Sequence record: MH221129.1
Strand: one strand, 5' to 3'
Length of the DNA stretch: 64,000 nucleotides
Shown here in pieces: positions 27,865 to 37,000 of the stretch. A program made the translations under genes and the position numbers. Position 1 is the first letter of the stretch. Every line of letters begins with the position of its first letter. The notes under the pieces were generated by a model. That model had not been told where the DNA came from. It worked only from the letters and a program-made list of their open reading frames with translations, and did no database searches.

Positions 27865-27890
27865 GTGCAGGAACCCGAAGGCTCCTGCAC
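27865..27890 (-). terminator. Intrinsic terminator with cUUCGg loop
   Basis: GTGCAGGAGCC-TTCG-GGTTCCTGCAC then TTCCTCTTTTTTT. Confidence 0.85.
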
Positions 27891-27897
27891 AAATAAA

Positions 27898-28425
27898 TTA
27901 CTCAGTCACATCCTCAATAAAGACGATGCGGGCCGGTTGGAAGGTGTGATAAGCAACACCTTCGCGTGGTCCGTGTACGGCATGAATCGCCCCATCGTAA
28001 TGGTTTGCTTGCAATGCCAAACGTACTGACGTGGTAGTGTAAGCCTCTTCTGCCCACAGAGGGAGTTTATCAAACTCCTCCGGGAACTGGTTAAACACTT
28101 CCATTAAGGTCAGACCGGGGTGACGTTCCTGAATACGTTCCCATTCGTTAGTTTCTGTCAGCTCGACAGGATTAGATTGTGCCAGCTGGCGATAAAGATC
28201 GGCGGTTAACAGCGAACGGAATTTACCGATGTCCACAAACGGGTCTTTTTCATCATTGATAAACGGTTTATCGATGTCGATAGAAACTTTGCTGATATAC
28301 GCTGGTGCGAACCAGTTACTACCTTCAGCCGCCGCTAACGCTTTATCAGCATACACAACCACACTAGAAGGAATATTGGAATCGCCAAACGGTGCAGTAG
28401 TTACAATGTAGCCTTCGTATTTCAT
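27898..28425 (-). CDS. ADP-ribosyltransferase-like fold protein (ART-PolyVal-like), possibly degenerate
   Basis: YISKVSIDIDKPF, LQANHYDGAI and AYHTFQPARI resemble the ART-like consensus; the usual YHGT is replaced by YIVTT. Confidence 0.45.
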   Translation of the reverse strand: MKYEGYIVTTAPFGDSNIPSSVVVYADKALAAAEGSNWFAPAYISKVSIDIDKPFINDEKDPFVDIGKFRSLLTADLYRQLAQSNPVELTETNEWERIQERHPGLTLMEVFNQFPEEFDKLPLWAEEAYTTTSVRLALQANHYDGAIHAVHGPREGVAYHTFQPARIVFIEDVTE

Positions 28426-28988
28426 TATAATGCTCCTTTAAAATGGTATGTTTTGCTTTCTAACAAATGGCATGTAGCTGATTCAAATAGCTGGAGGACT
28501 TTATCCAGCGGGATACTGGTGAGATTGTTAATCATCACGTTCTCTTTTAAGCCCCGTTCTATCGCGCATTCTACCAACCCAATCGCGTCCTCAACCCGCG
28601 GAGTGGTAATTGTGATTTCGGTATCGCCCTTGTCACTGACGCCCGACGCATCTTGTAATCGTACTAAGTTGGGCACCATCCCGCTGATACGCAGTTCTGG
28701 AGAAACACACACTGACAGTAACGGTGTATGCACCTTACGAGCGTTATAACCGACAAACATCTGCGGGTCTAACTCGCTCACACCACAACAGATACAGTTC
28801 AGCGTGGTTGCCCAGTTGGTGTGTGTACGTTCGAAGATACCCCGTACCACTTTCGCATCCCGGTCGTAGAGAAACACCAGCATTTGGTCTGGGTTGTTCG
28901 GCAAGTCTTCTTCGATGCCCGACCATTCCGGGTCGTCGCGAATACTGGATTGCCATACATCGTTACGAACTTCTAATAAGCTAAGCAT
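28425..28988 (-). CDS. Hypothetical protein (187 aa)
   Basis: Coupled to neighbours. Confidence 0.7.
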   Translation of the reverse strand: MLSLLEVRNDVWQSSIRDDPEWSGIEEDLPNNPDQMLVFLYDRDAKVVRGIFERTHTNWATTLNCICCGVSELDPQMFVGYNARKVHTPLLSVCVSPELRISGMVPNLVRLQDASGVSDKGDTEITITTPRVEDAIGLVECAIERGLKENVMINNLTSIPLDKVLQLFESATCHLLESKTYHFKGAL

Positions 28989-28997
28989 GGCACCCCC

Positions 28998-29582
28998 TTA
29001 CGCAATGTAAACACAACGATGATTACGGAAGCCGTGTTCTTCGGTGATGTGACGAGAAATGGTGTGTTCGATAGACGGGTTATAACACACCACATGCAGT
29101 TCCTGTTCTTCATCCAGACCGGGAACCGTGAGGTCAATCCATGGCAGACCCCCCATCTGTGTAAAGGTGTCCTGCGTAACCGTAAACGGACGCATCGCGT
29201 GTACCGGTTGTGCTGCATCTTCTTCCAGACGCGTGAAACGAAGAATACCCGGTGCGCATCCATCAACCATAATGGTGCGTGGCAGATCGTAAGCAACGAT
29301 ATGTGCTTTCTGCTCGTAGCAGTCTTTGTAGCGCCGCAGCAGTTTGATGTCAGCCTCTAACGCGGTGGTAATCACGTTATAAAGCATCACCAAACGATTA
29401 CCATGGTCGTCCGTAACGTGTTTCACAAAGACCATTGTCGGGATATGGTCTAGCTGGAAAACCACGAACTCAGCTTCTTCGTATTTCTTACACGCCTCAA
29501 CAACGCGTGGTGCCCGCGCCTGATAACGCTTTGTAAGTTCTTCGTAGTTCATTTCATGTTGTTCGATAATAACTTTACGCAT
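28998..29582 (-). CDS. Hypothetical protein (194 aa)
   Basis: Clean ORF. Confidence 0.7.
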   Translation of the reverse strand: MRKVIIEQHEMNYEELTKRYQARAPRVVEACKKYEEAEFVVFQLDHIPTMVFVKHVTDDHGNRLVMLYNVITTALEADIKLLRRYKDCYEQKAHIVAYDLPRTIMVDGCAPGILRFTRLEEDAAQPVHAMRPFTVTQDTFTQMGGLPWIDLTVPGLDEEQELHVVCYNPSIEHTISRHITEEHGFRNHRCVYIA

Positions 29583-29616
29583 GGATAAATACTCTTTACG
29601 ATGATAAAAATAGAAA

Positions 29617-29633
29617 GGGGAGCTTAACTCCCC
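29617..29633 (-). terminator. Intrinsic terminator
   Basis: GGGGAG/CTCCCC stem, U-rich tail on minus strand. Confidence 0.65.
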
Positions 29634-29642
29634 GAATGATGA

Positions 29643-30644
29643 TTACAGCAGTTGTGGTTTGGCAATGAAGAGTAGCTGGCGACCGTATTTAATAACGTCG
29701 TTCCAACCGTTTTCGGTACCCCATTTGATAATGGCATCGTACTTCCAGTCTTCTAACTCACCACCCCACGCGTCGCGTACCGCTTTGGCTGACATTAGGA
29801 ATACAGGTTCAGCAACAGAACGCATCTCTGGGTCAGGCAAGCGCGCAACGACAGAGCTATCGACCCGGTGTATCGTACCGTTAGCTTCTAACCAGAATGA
29901 CTCGTGTTTTTGCTGAGTGTTAACGATGGTCCGGAATTCGATGGCCCACTTCCCGGTGTTGTCGTGCGGCGACTGTTCGAAGTTATAGAAGTGAACGGTG
30001 GTTTCAACAGGTCCGTTGAATCTCGATTTGTAAAGATTCAACAGCGTGGCAGCAATCTCTTGATTCCACCCCTCGCCGTATAACGGTTCCCACTTAGTCG
30101 TGCGGATTACATCCGGTGTTGCGATATCAATGCGCCAGACGCTCGCCCCGAACAACTGACTGAAGCATTCTTCTACCAACGTGCTCGGACGGTAGAACGT
30201 GTTAGTAGGCTGCAGCCCTTCATCGAACATTTCGATTATGGCTTTCTGTGTGCGTTCGGACAGTTCTGCTGGAGTTATTGCTTCGCTTCTGTTCACTTTC
30301 ATTCCCGCCTCGTAACACGGCGAACAAAAGAAACAACGATCATACACTGGCTGTTGTTGGTTGGACTGGTTAAAAACTTGTATGTTGACGTACTCCGATC
30401 CTAACGGAAGACGTGTATGTCGAGCAAGACAATGGTAATCCTTAAGCGGGAGAACGTTTTTATCTAACCACGACTCTAGCGCTGTAAATCTTCCCCACTC
30501 CCCAAGTGACCCGCACCACATATCGGATGGCTTAAATGTGGTATTGCTGTTAAGAGCCAACGCTGCGTTGTTCAAGATATCTACGACGGCACTATCGTCG
30601 CCTCGCACCGCCGCATTATAAAAATCAGGTAAAAGCTTAACCAT
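29643..30644 (-). CDS. Hypothetical protein (333 aa)
   Basis: AAGGAAG RBS, promoter motif upstream. Confidence 0.75.
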   Translation of the reverse strand: MVKLLPDFYNAAVRGDDSAVVDILNNAALALNSNTTFKPSDMWCGSLGEWGRFTALESWLDKNVLPLKDYHCLARHTRLPLGSEYVNIQVFNQSNQQQPVYDRCFFCSPCYEAGMKVNRSEAITPAELSERTQKAIIEMFDEGLQPTNTFYRPSTLVEECFSQLFGASVWRIDIATPDVIRTTKWEPLYGEGWNQEIAATLLNLYKSRFNGPVETTVHFYNFEQSPHDNTGKWAIEFRTIVNTQQKHESFWLEANGTIHRVDSSVVARLPDPEMRSVAEPVFLMSAKAVRDAWGGELEDWKYDAIIKWGTENGWNDVIKYGRQLLFIAKPQLL

Positions 30645-30732
30645 TTTTCTTTCCTTTAAAGTACACTACATTGACCGAGAACATCGCTAAAGGATGTCCG
30701 GTGTATAAGTGATAAGGATTACCACTCATGAG

Positions 30733-30750
30733 AATGATATCTATCTGAAA
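30733..30750 (-). promoter_or_regulatory. Recurrent 18-nt promoter-like motif
   Basis: TTTCAGATAGATATCATT. Confidence 0.6.
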
Positions 30751-30751
30751 A

Positions 30752-31069
30752 TTAATGCACTACGAGAACGATAACATCACCGATACGCAGGTTTAAAGTC
30801 GAGAAGTTGGAAATCAGTTGCTGATAACGTAGACCTTTTTCGAACTGGTCGAACGTTCCATCCGCCATCATGTACACCGCGCTCTGTACCACACCCCCTA
30901 AAACATCTTCGTAGAAGTGGTCGACTTCACCGGGCTTGTAGAAGCGCATCTTCTGGTTATTGGCGAAGATGTAGTCGAGCTTACCGTCAGCGGCTTTCTG
31001 TAAAGCATCAAAGGCTGCGTCAGCATCCTGACGTTCTAATGCGTTCTTTAAGGTTTGGAATAAGGACAT
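30752..31069 (-). CDS. Hypothetical protein (105 aa)
   Basis: AGGAG RBS. Confidence 0.75.
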   Translation of the reverse strand: MSLFQTLKNALERQDADAAFDALQKAADGKLDYIFANNQKMRFYKPGEVDHFYEDVLGGVVQSAVYMMADGTFDQFEKGLRYQQLISNFSTLNLRIGDVIVLVVH

Positions 31070-31238
31070 AACTGTCTCCTAGTTGGATGAAAGAACAAGG
31101 TCAAGGGCGTGGATGTCGGTACTCTGTAGAGTACCTCCGCTCTGTAGATAGTTTCACACAGATCCCCCTTTCCCCCAATACCCTACTGCAAATGAAAAGA
31201 TCGAATCGTAAAAAAGAGTAGTATGAGAGGAGGGCGGT

Positions 31239-32195
31239 ATGGAAAAGTCGAAGTCGGCAGTTCATGTCTACTCGATTGGCATCGTGGCGGAAGATAAACC
31301 CCGAGGTACCGATCGGGTGAAGATTATCCCAATCGAAACGAACTTTATGCAGCCAACGGCAGTCAACGCAACCGAGACGCCGGTGGAGAAGCAACATGAA
31401 GCCGCAGGGGCTACAGATAACCTGACGGTGAAGACCGGTAATGCCATTACCGCAAAATGGTGGAAGTACAACTCCAACCGCGTTAACTCCCCCGATGTGA
31501 AAAGAGAAGACTACGTTCGTATCTGGCGTATCGGGGAAACCGACATGTATTTCTGGGAAGACCTGAACATGTCAAACGTGAAGCGGTTAGAAGATGCGGT
31601 ATACGCATGGTCTGCTGACCCAACAAACCAAATGGCTGACGACTTGTCAAATGCGTATGTGTTGAACATCTCGCCAATGGATGGACACATCACGCTCCGT
31701 ACCAGTATGGCTAATGGTGAAAAGAATGCGTATTTGATGCAGCTTAACACCCGTGATGGAATGTGGCAGCTAGTTGACGATAAAGGTCGTAAGTTCTACA
31801 TGAACTCACCTGAAGATGATTTAGGCTTCGAGAACGCGATGCTCTCAAAAGTCAACATCAATAAGGAAGACGCTTTTATCTTCACGAAGAAGTCTATTAA
31901 CTTCGAAACGCAGACCATCAACGAAAAGTGTAAGGTGCGCATTTGTAATGCGAGTGAGTCTATCACGAACACCACGCAAACGTATCTGACCACAGCCAAA
32001 TCGAAAGCCACGTTCGACACACCGAAAGGACTGTTCACAAAAGACTTCGAAGTGGGCAAGGACTTCAAATACGGTGGTATTGGCGAAGGTATTGGAACGT
32101 TCACGGTATCTGATGCAATTATTGCACACATTACGTTCAGTAAACACACCCACACTGAACAGGGTGATGGCAACGACGTGTCTACACCGCACTAA
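31239..32195 (+). CDS. Baseplate central spike-like protein (gpV/gp138-type)
   Basis: N-terminal OB-like region (IGIVAED..RVKI..PDVKRED.VRI), repetitive beta-strand middle, C-terminal HxH apex motif KHTHTEQGDGNDVSTPH. Confidence 0.65.
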   Translation: MEKSKSAVHVYSIGIVAEDKPRGTDRVKIIPIETNFMQPTAVNATETPVEKQHEAAGATDNLTVKTGNAITAKWWKYNSNRVNSPDVKREDYVRIWRIGETDMYFWEDLNMSNVKRLEDAVYAWSADPTNQMADDLSNAYVLNISPMDGHITLRTSMANGEKNAYLMQLNTRDGMWQLVDDKGRKFYMNSPEDDLGFENAMLSKVNINKEDAFIFTKKSINFETQTINEKCKVRICNASESITNTTQTYLTTAKSKATFDTPKGLFTKDFEVGKDFKYGGIGEGIGTFTVSDAIIAHITFSKHTHTEQGDGNDVSTPH

Positions 32196-32258
32196 GTAAT
32201 TAATTTACAACCTTCACCGATAGTGTGACAACAAACCCTTAACCCACAAACGACTCAT

Positions 32259-32366
32259 CTCGTCGCTTGTCCCGGTTAGCCACTTTTTTCGCACAAAAGC
32301 AAGGGATGTTGTTATCGGGGCTCCCGCATCTGCGACGAGCCCTGTAACTAATTTACGTTACAGGGC
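32259..32366 (+). ncRNA. Candidate structured RNA / 5' leader
   Basis: CTCGTCGC(32259-66) pairs with GCGACGAG(32332-39); then a 10-bp stem GCCCTGTAAC/GTTACAGGGC; in a 235-nt intergenic gap. Confidence 0.3.
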
Positions 32367-32430
32367 AGTTACTATGCCTTGAAGTACCGTAAACAGACAT
32401 AGGGTCTTTTTACTTAACTCAATTGGAGAT

Positions 32431-32646
32431 ATGGACATGAGCATTAAAGAATTTTCTTCTGCTGAGCAGATTCCTGAGAACTACAAAAAGATCGGCAACG
32501 TAACTGCTACTGGTAGCACCGTAGACGACGTAACCGCTAAACTGGCAGCCGAAGCTGAAAAGCTGGGCGGCGACGCGTTCAAAGTGATCGGCATTTCTGG
32601 TAACAACCAGCAGCACGGCAGTGCAATCGTTTACAAAGCAGAGTAA
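32431..32646 (+). CDS. DUF1471 (BhsA/McbA/YhcN-like) domain protein without signal peptide
   Basis: KIGNVTATGSTVDDVTAKLAAEAEKLGGDAFKVIGISGNNQQHGSAIVYK fits the DUF1471 pattern; GGAG RBS; no in-frame upstream start. Confidence 0.8.
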   Translation: MDMSIKEFSSAEQIPENYKKIGNVTATGSTVDDVTAKLAAEAEKLGGDAFKVIGISGNNQQHGSAIVYKAE

Positions 32647-32664
32647 GCGAAAAAACAAGCAGGT

Positions 32665-32691
32665 CTCCTACTCCCCATCGGGGAGTAGGAG
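32665..32691. terminator. Bidirectional terminator (CTACTCCC-type)
   Basis: CTCCTACTCCCC-ATC-GGGGAGTAGGAG between convergent genes. Confidence 0.85.
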
Positions 32692-32704
32692 TTTTACCTT
32701 TTTT

Positions 32705-33967
32705 TTATTTTTTGCGTGCTTTAAAGCGGTGCATCTCAACGAACGGTTTGCCGTATGACCCAAATGGCCCAACGATAGCTTGCGCATCGTTCACCAGGTT
32801 TTGGTTGTGCCATCGTGCATTACCCAGCAAATAGTTCTCCCGGTCAAAGAACGTGGTGTTGAACACCCACTCTCCCTCCTCCCAGGTCGGCCAGTAAGCG
32901 ACACACTTCCCGTATCGATTAAACAGCGGGCCGAGTGGTTTCTCACCGTCGATGTCGTTAGGGTCTTTCAGATAGAACCGACCCCATACCGCGTTATGGT
33001 TAATCCCCACTTCTTCGCGTTCGATGTACGGGTTGTCCACAGTGAAGACAAAGGAAGACTCGTGCAGCAACAACGCTTTTAGTGTTTCCGAGTTACGAAT
33101 ACGCTGTACGCTGGTTGGACTACTCAAGTCGCCCACACCGATAGTATCCCAGTCGTAATAGCGACGGGTTTCCAGCACTAGCTTAGCGAGGTTCAGGTTA
33201 GGCATCGATATCATGATGGCTTTGTCGCTGAAATAACCGGCTGGCGGTAACCAGTGGAGAATCCCCCCGATAACGTAACCCACCGTTTTACCCGTAATGG
33301 AATCAGGCAACGTCAACATCAACGAAGAATAATAGTCGCGGGTGGTATCGAGCTTGTTCATGGTCAGGTTGGCAATAGGGTAAGTTTTCACATTGCCCAA
33401 CTCAGAGAACACCATGCAGCCGATATCTGGTGTGTTTGCAGTACGAACGATGTTTCCCGCACCGTTTAATCGCACACCAACAGAATCGGACTGGTGAGAA
33501 ACCCATTGACCGTTAACGTTGTAAAGCACGCCGTTACGATACTTGTCTTTCCACTTGTCCTCACAGACGATAACTACGTCGTGTGCATCGGCCATGTCGA
33601 AATCCTGCGTGTAATGGTACCCAGGAGGGCACAGATGCGTCTCTACGGGCACGTCGGCATTAATCGACTGGTAATGTGCGTTGGTGAACTCGAGCTTCGG
33701 TAAGCCCTTCCCAAGCGTTGGAATGACCACGCCGGCTTTGCTGGTTAACCAGTCCTGCAGGGTGTCGGTTCGGTTCTGCAGTTCAGCCAGATGGTATTGG
33801 CTAAAAAAGGTGTAGTCCACCCCGAGCGCAGAGACGCCCACTTCGAAGAAATGGTAGTTCGCACAGAGGGTATTTAAGGGCTGCGTGACGTCGATGGTTC
33901 CCCAAGTCCGGGTGTCTCGAGAGAAGCCAAAAGCGCTGTCGGCCCGCACTTGATAAGCAGTAGTCAC
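32705..33967 (-). CDS. Probable virion structural (tail/baseplate) protein (420 aa)
   Basis: GAGG RBS, GTG start, divergent from the tail-fibre operon. Confidence 0.6.
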   Translation of the reverse strand: MTTAYQVRADSAFGFSRDTRTWGTIDVTQPLNTLCANYHFFEVGVSALGVDYTFFSQYHLAELQNRTDTLQDWLTSKAGVVIPTLGKGLPKLEFTNAHYQSINADVPVETHLCPPGYHYTQDFDMADAHDVVIVCEDKWKDKYRNGVLYNVNGQWVSHQSDSVGVRLNGAGNIVRTANTPDIGCMVFSELGNVKTYPIANLTMNKLDTTRDYYSSLMLTLPDSITGKTVGYVIGGILHWLPPAGYFSDKAIMISMPNLNLAKLVLETRRYYDWDTIGVGDLSSPTSVQRIRNSETLKALLLHESSFVFTVDNPYIEREEVGINHNAVWGRFYLKDPNDIDGEKPLGPLFNRYGKCVAYWPTWEEGEWVFNTTFFDRENYLLGNARWHNQNLVNDAQAIVGPFGSYGKPFVEMHRFKARKK

Positions 33968-34035
33968 AGGCGAATTCCTCTAAGGGTTCAGGTCATAGTA
34001 TGAACTCGACGACCCTCGGAGAAAAGGAGTATAAA

Positions 34036-37000
34036 ATGGCTGTCGTTCCTGATCCGCATTTCAATATACCGGGGAATAAGCAGACCGGTGAAGCGGTGAC
34101 ACCTGTCGGTACTAAGTACCGTATGTTGTTCCCCGTGCACGCCCCCTTTTTTACCACATCCCTGGTGGTCAAGAGCGGCGGCAAGACGCTAAAACTCGGT
34201 GACGATTACGTCATTACCCATCCTTACATGACGGGGATGGAACGTACCGGTTATCTGTGCCATGGCGCAGTCTGGATTACGAATGACAAATACGTCAGTA
34301 ACTTCACGATGGACTATCACCCAATTGGTATTGCCGAGGCGACTCCTGCGCAGGTGACAGCAGAACGTGAACTGAATAAAGATAAGTTCCCCACTGATAA
34401 TGCGTGTCAGTGGGACGTGGTCGTTGGCACAGTATACTTCCCGCCTGTCGATATCCTGTTTGACTGGGAGAACTGGCGTGGTGAGTTGGAACTGATGCAG
34501 GCAATTGCCGACATCGGTACCAAGATTGGCCAGTTGCCGCCAATTCCCGACCCGTACATCGGCAATATCTACGCACCGGCATTCCCTAACGACATCATGA
34601 TGAATGGCAGTCGCCAGTACGTCACGTACGACGATCAAGGTGGCTATGTCGCGAAAGGTAATAGTGGAACATGCGTAGTTTACTTATCTTCCAATGATTA
34701 CCTGTTAAAGAACTACCAAGCGGACACGACGTACGCGTTAGCAGGCTACGCGACAAACGTCAACGCAAAACAGTGGTGGTCAGCGCCACTGGGTTATTTG
34801 GGATCTGGGTACAATTTGGCATTAGAGTGGGACAGTACCTCACTCGTTATGAAATTCCACATTACGATTAAAAATGTTTCGTATATTCTCGCGTCTTTTG
34901 CAGCGCCAAAGGCGTGGATGGGCGGTGGTTTCCGCGTTCAATTTGATCGTAGTTACGATGCCGATACCATAGCTGTTAAAGTTATGGGTAAAGACGGCAC
35001 AGTCAAGATGGATTATAAGCTCGACTTCCATAATCCGCCATCTGAACTGACCGCTGCGCTAGTAGGTATTGACATTATTAAGCTTGTCCACAAAGGCGTT
35101 GACTTTCGAAATAGCTGGTACGTAGTTAAAGGTGACAGTTGGCGACACACTACCTTCCCTGGCATGACCGTACCAGACGGCAGCGACGTCTTGACGTTGT
35201 TGAAACAGTATCAGCTTATCGTCGACAAACTATACCGCGACGCCCCTGCACACACCCACATTCCACGCAAGGATAATCCGCATCGTGATACTTGGGGTCC
35301 GATTCGTGCACTTGAGCTGAACGGGATCGCCAGTGATGCTACTTTGGCGTATGGTAAAACGCAGCCGCAGTTAGCGGATTACGTTAATAACCTGTTGCCG
35401 AAGCTTTCCTCACTGGCGAATAAGCTGTTGCGAATGCCAACAGCTGCGCAGGCCATTAATGGGACTTTTGGTACGAAGCCAGGTCTAACCTCAGTTACGT
35501 CGGCTGTCGGTACTGATGAGTCCGGCGGAGTAGGTGCACAGTTTACGGTAGACCCGCGGGTTATCCGTTTCTTAGGCCGAGACTCCGCCACTGTTAACGC
35601 CGGCAATAACGCCATCACGTTCCAGGGCGGTACTAACCAGCTGGTTCTGTATCCCGACTCCCGTGGTCTGTTATGGAACGGTAAGAAACTGCTCGATCCG
35701 ACGACTGTTGGTCCGTACTTGCCCGGTAATGAAGGGGGCGGTGATAACCTGTTCTACGGAACAACCACTGCCACGGTGACCATCAACGGTAACGGTATCC
35801 AGTCGGTTCCGTTCATCTGTACGTTCGTACCACCAACGTCCGAAGACCTCGGTTTGATGGCGGTTCGAATGTTGGCGAACGATTTCGGTAACGCTGAGAA
35901 TCTGGCAGCCACACCAGCATTGATTGCGAAACTGGATGCACTGTTCACCGGGAAACTGGTTGGGGCGAAGTCGTATGTTAATGACATGCCGTTGACGGGT
36001 TCTATCTACATCGATAAAACCAACTTCAACCTGAACGACGTGCAGGACATTCCTGATACCCAGCTGCCCATCTCCACGCTGCAACAAGCAGAACTCGACA
36101 AATACGCCGTGGTAGGCCACAGTCACAATGCCGATGCGTTCGGTATTAAGGCTGCGACCACCACAACGTTCGGTCTGGTTCAGTTCGGGTTGGCAGTTGA
36201 CGATGCGACATTGGCTCTTGACGGTAGCGAGGTTATTCGCCAAACTACCACTATCACGGATATCGAAACTGTCGCGAAGACGGTTGACTCCGGCGCGGCT
36301 ATCAACATTATCCGCTACGGTCGTCCGGGTACCGAAACCATCGAGAACGGCATCACGTACACAGGTTGGATGGCGACCATCAAAGCGAACACGTATTTTG
36401 TAGGTTTGGAATATGATGCACCGCTGGCGACATTTAACTTGGCAGAGGTCTTCCCTGACACCCACGAAGATAATGAGTTTGGTGTTTTCGTTGACGTTCA
36501 AGGTAACGATGCGAAGTATTTGGTGTTAGAAAATCCAAACACGGCAGAAACGGAAACGATGACCAAGATTGGTACTATCGTGACCAGTGAAGATGGAATC
36601 GTCGCGGTGGAAATCCACAACGTGACACGTCTGGGTGAATTCCGTGAACTGGAAGATCACATCGCTAACGACAACGCGCACATCAAGCGTAAGATGACGC
36701 AGGAACAATTCGGCTTTACGTACGGTTCAGGTGGTCCGGTGTGGGCGTCGGGTGTTCCAGGATTAACGCGTTTTGAGGGGGATTGGCGGTACGCTACTGC
36801 CTCTAATTATCGTCCAATGAGTAAAGTTACGTTGGACGATAAAGCCAGTAAGTGGACATTCCAGAAAACGGGGATTGGGGCAGGAAACTACGGTTTCATT
36901 CACCACGCGTTCCCGATGTTCACTAACAACGGTATTACCCATACCTGGCTCTCTTCTGTCGCCGCGGCAGACAGTGTGTTTGAAAGCCTCATTGGTGCGT

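Noticed and set aside
35671-36501. 276-aa minus-strand ORF
   Set aside because: Shadow inside tail fibre gene 1.
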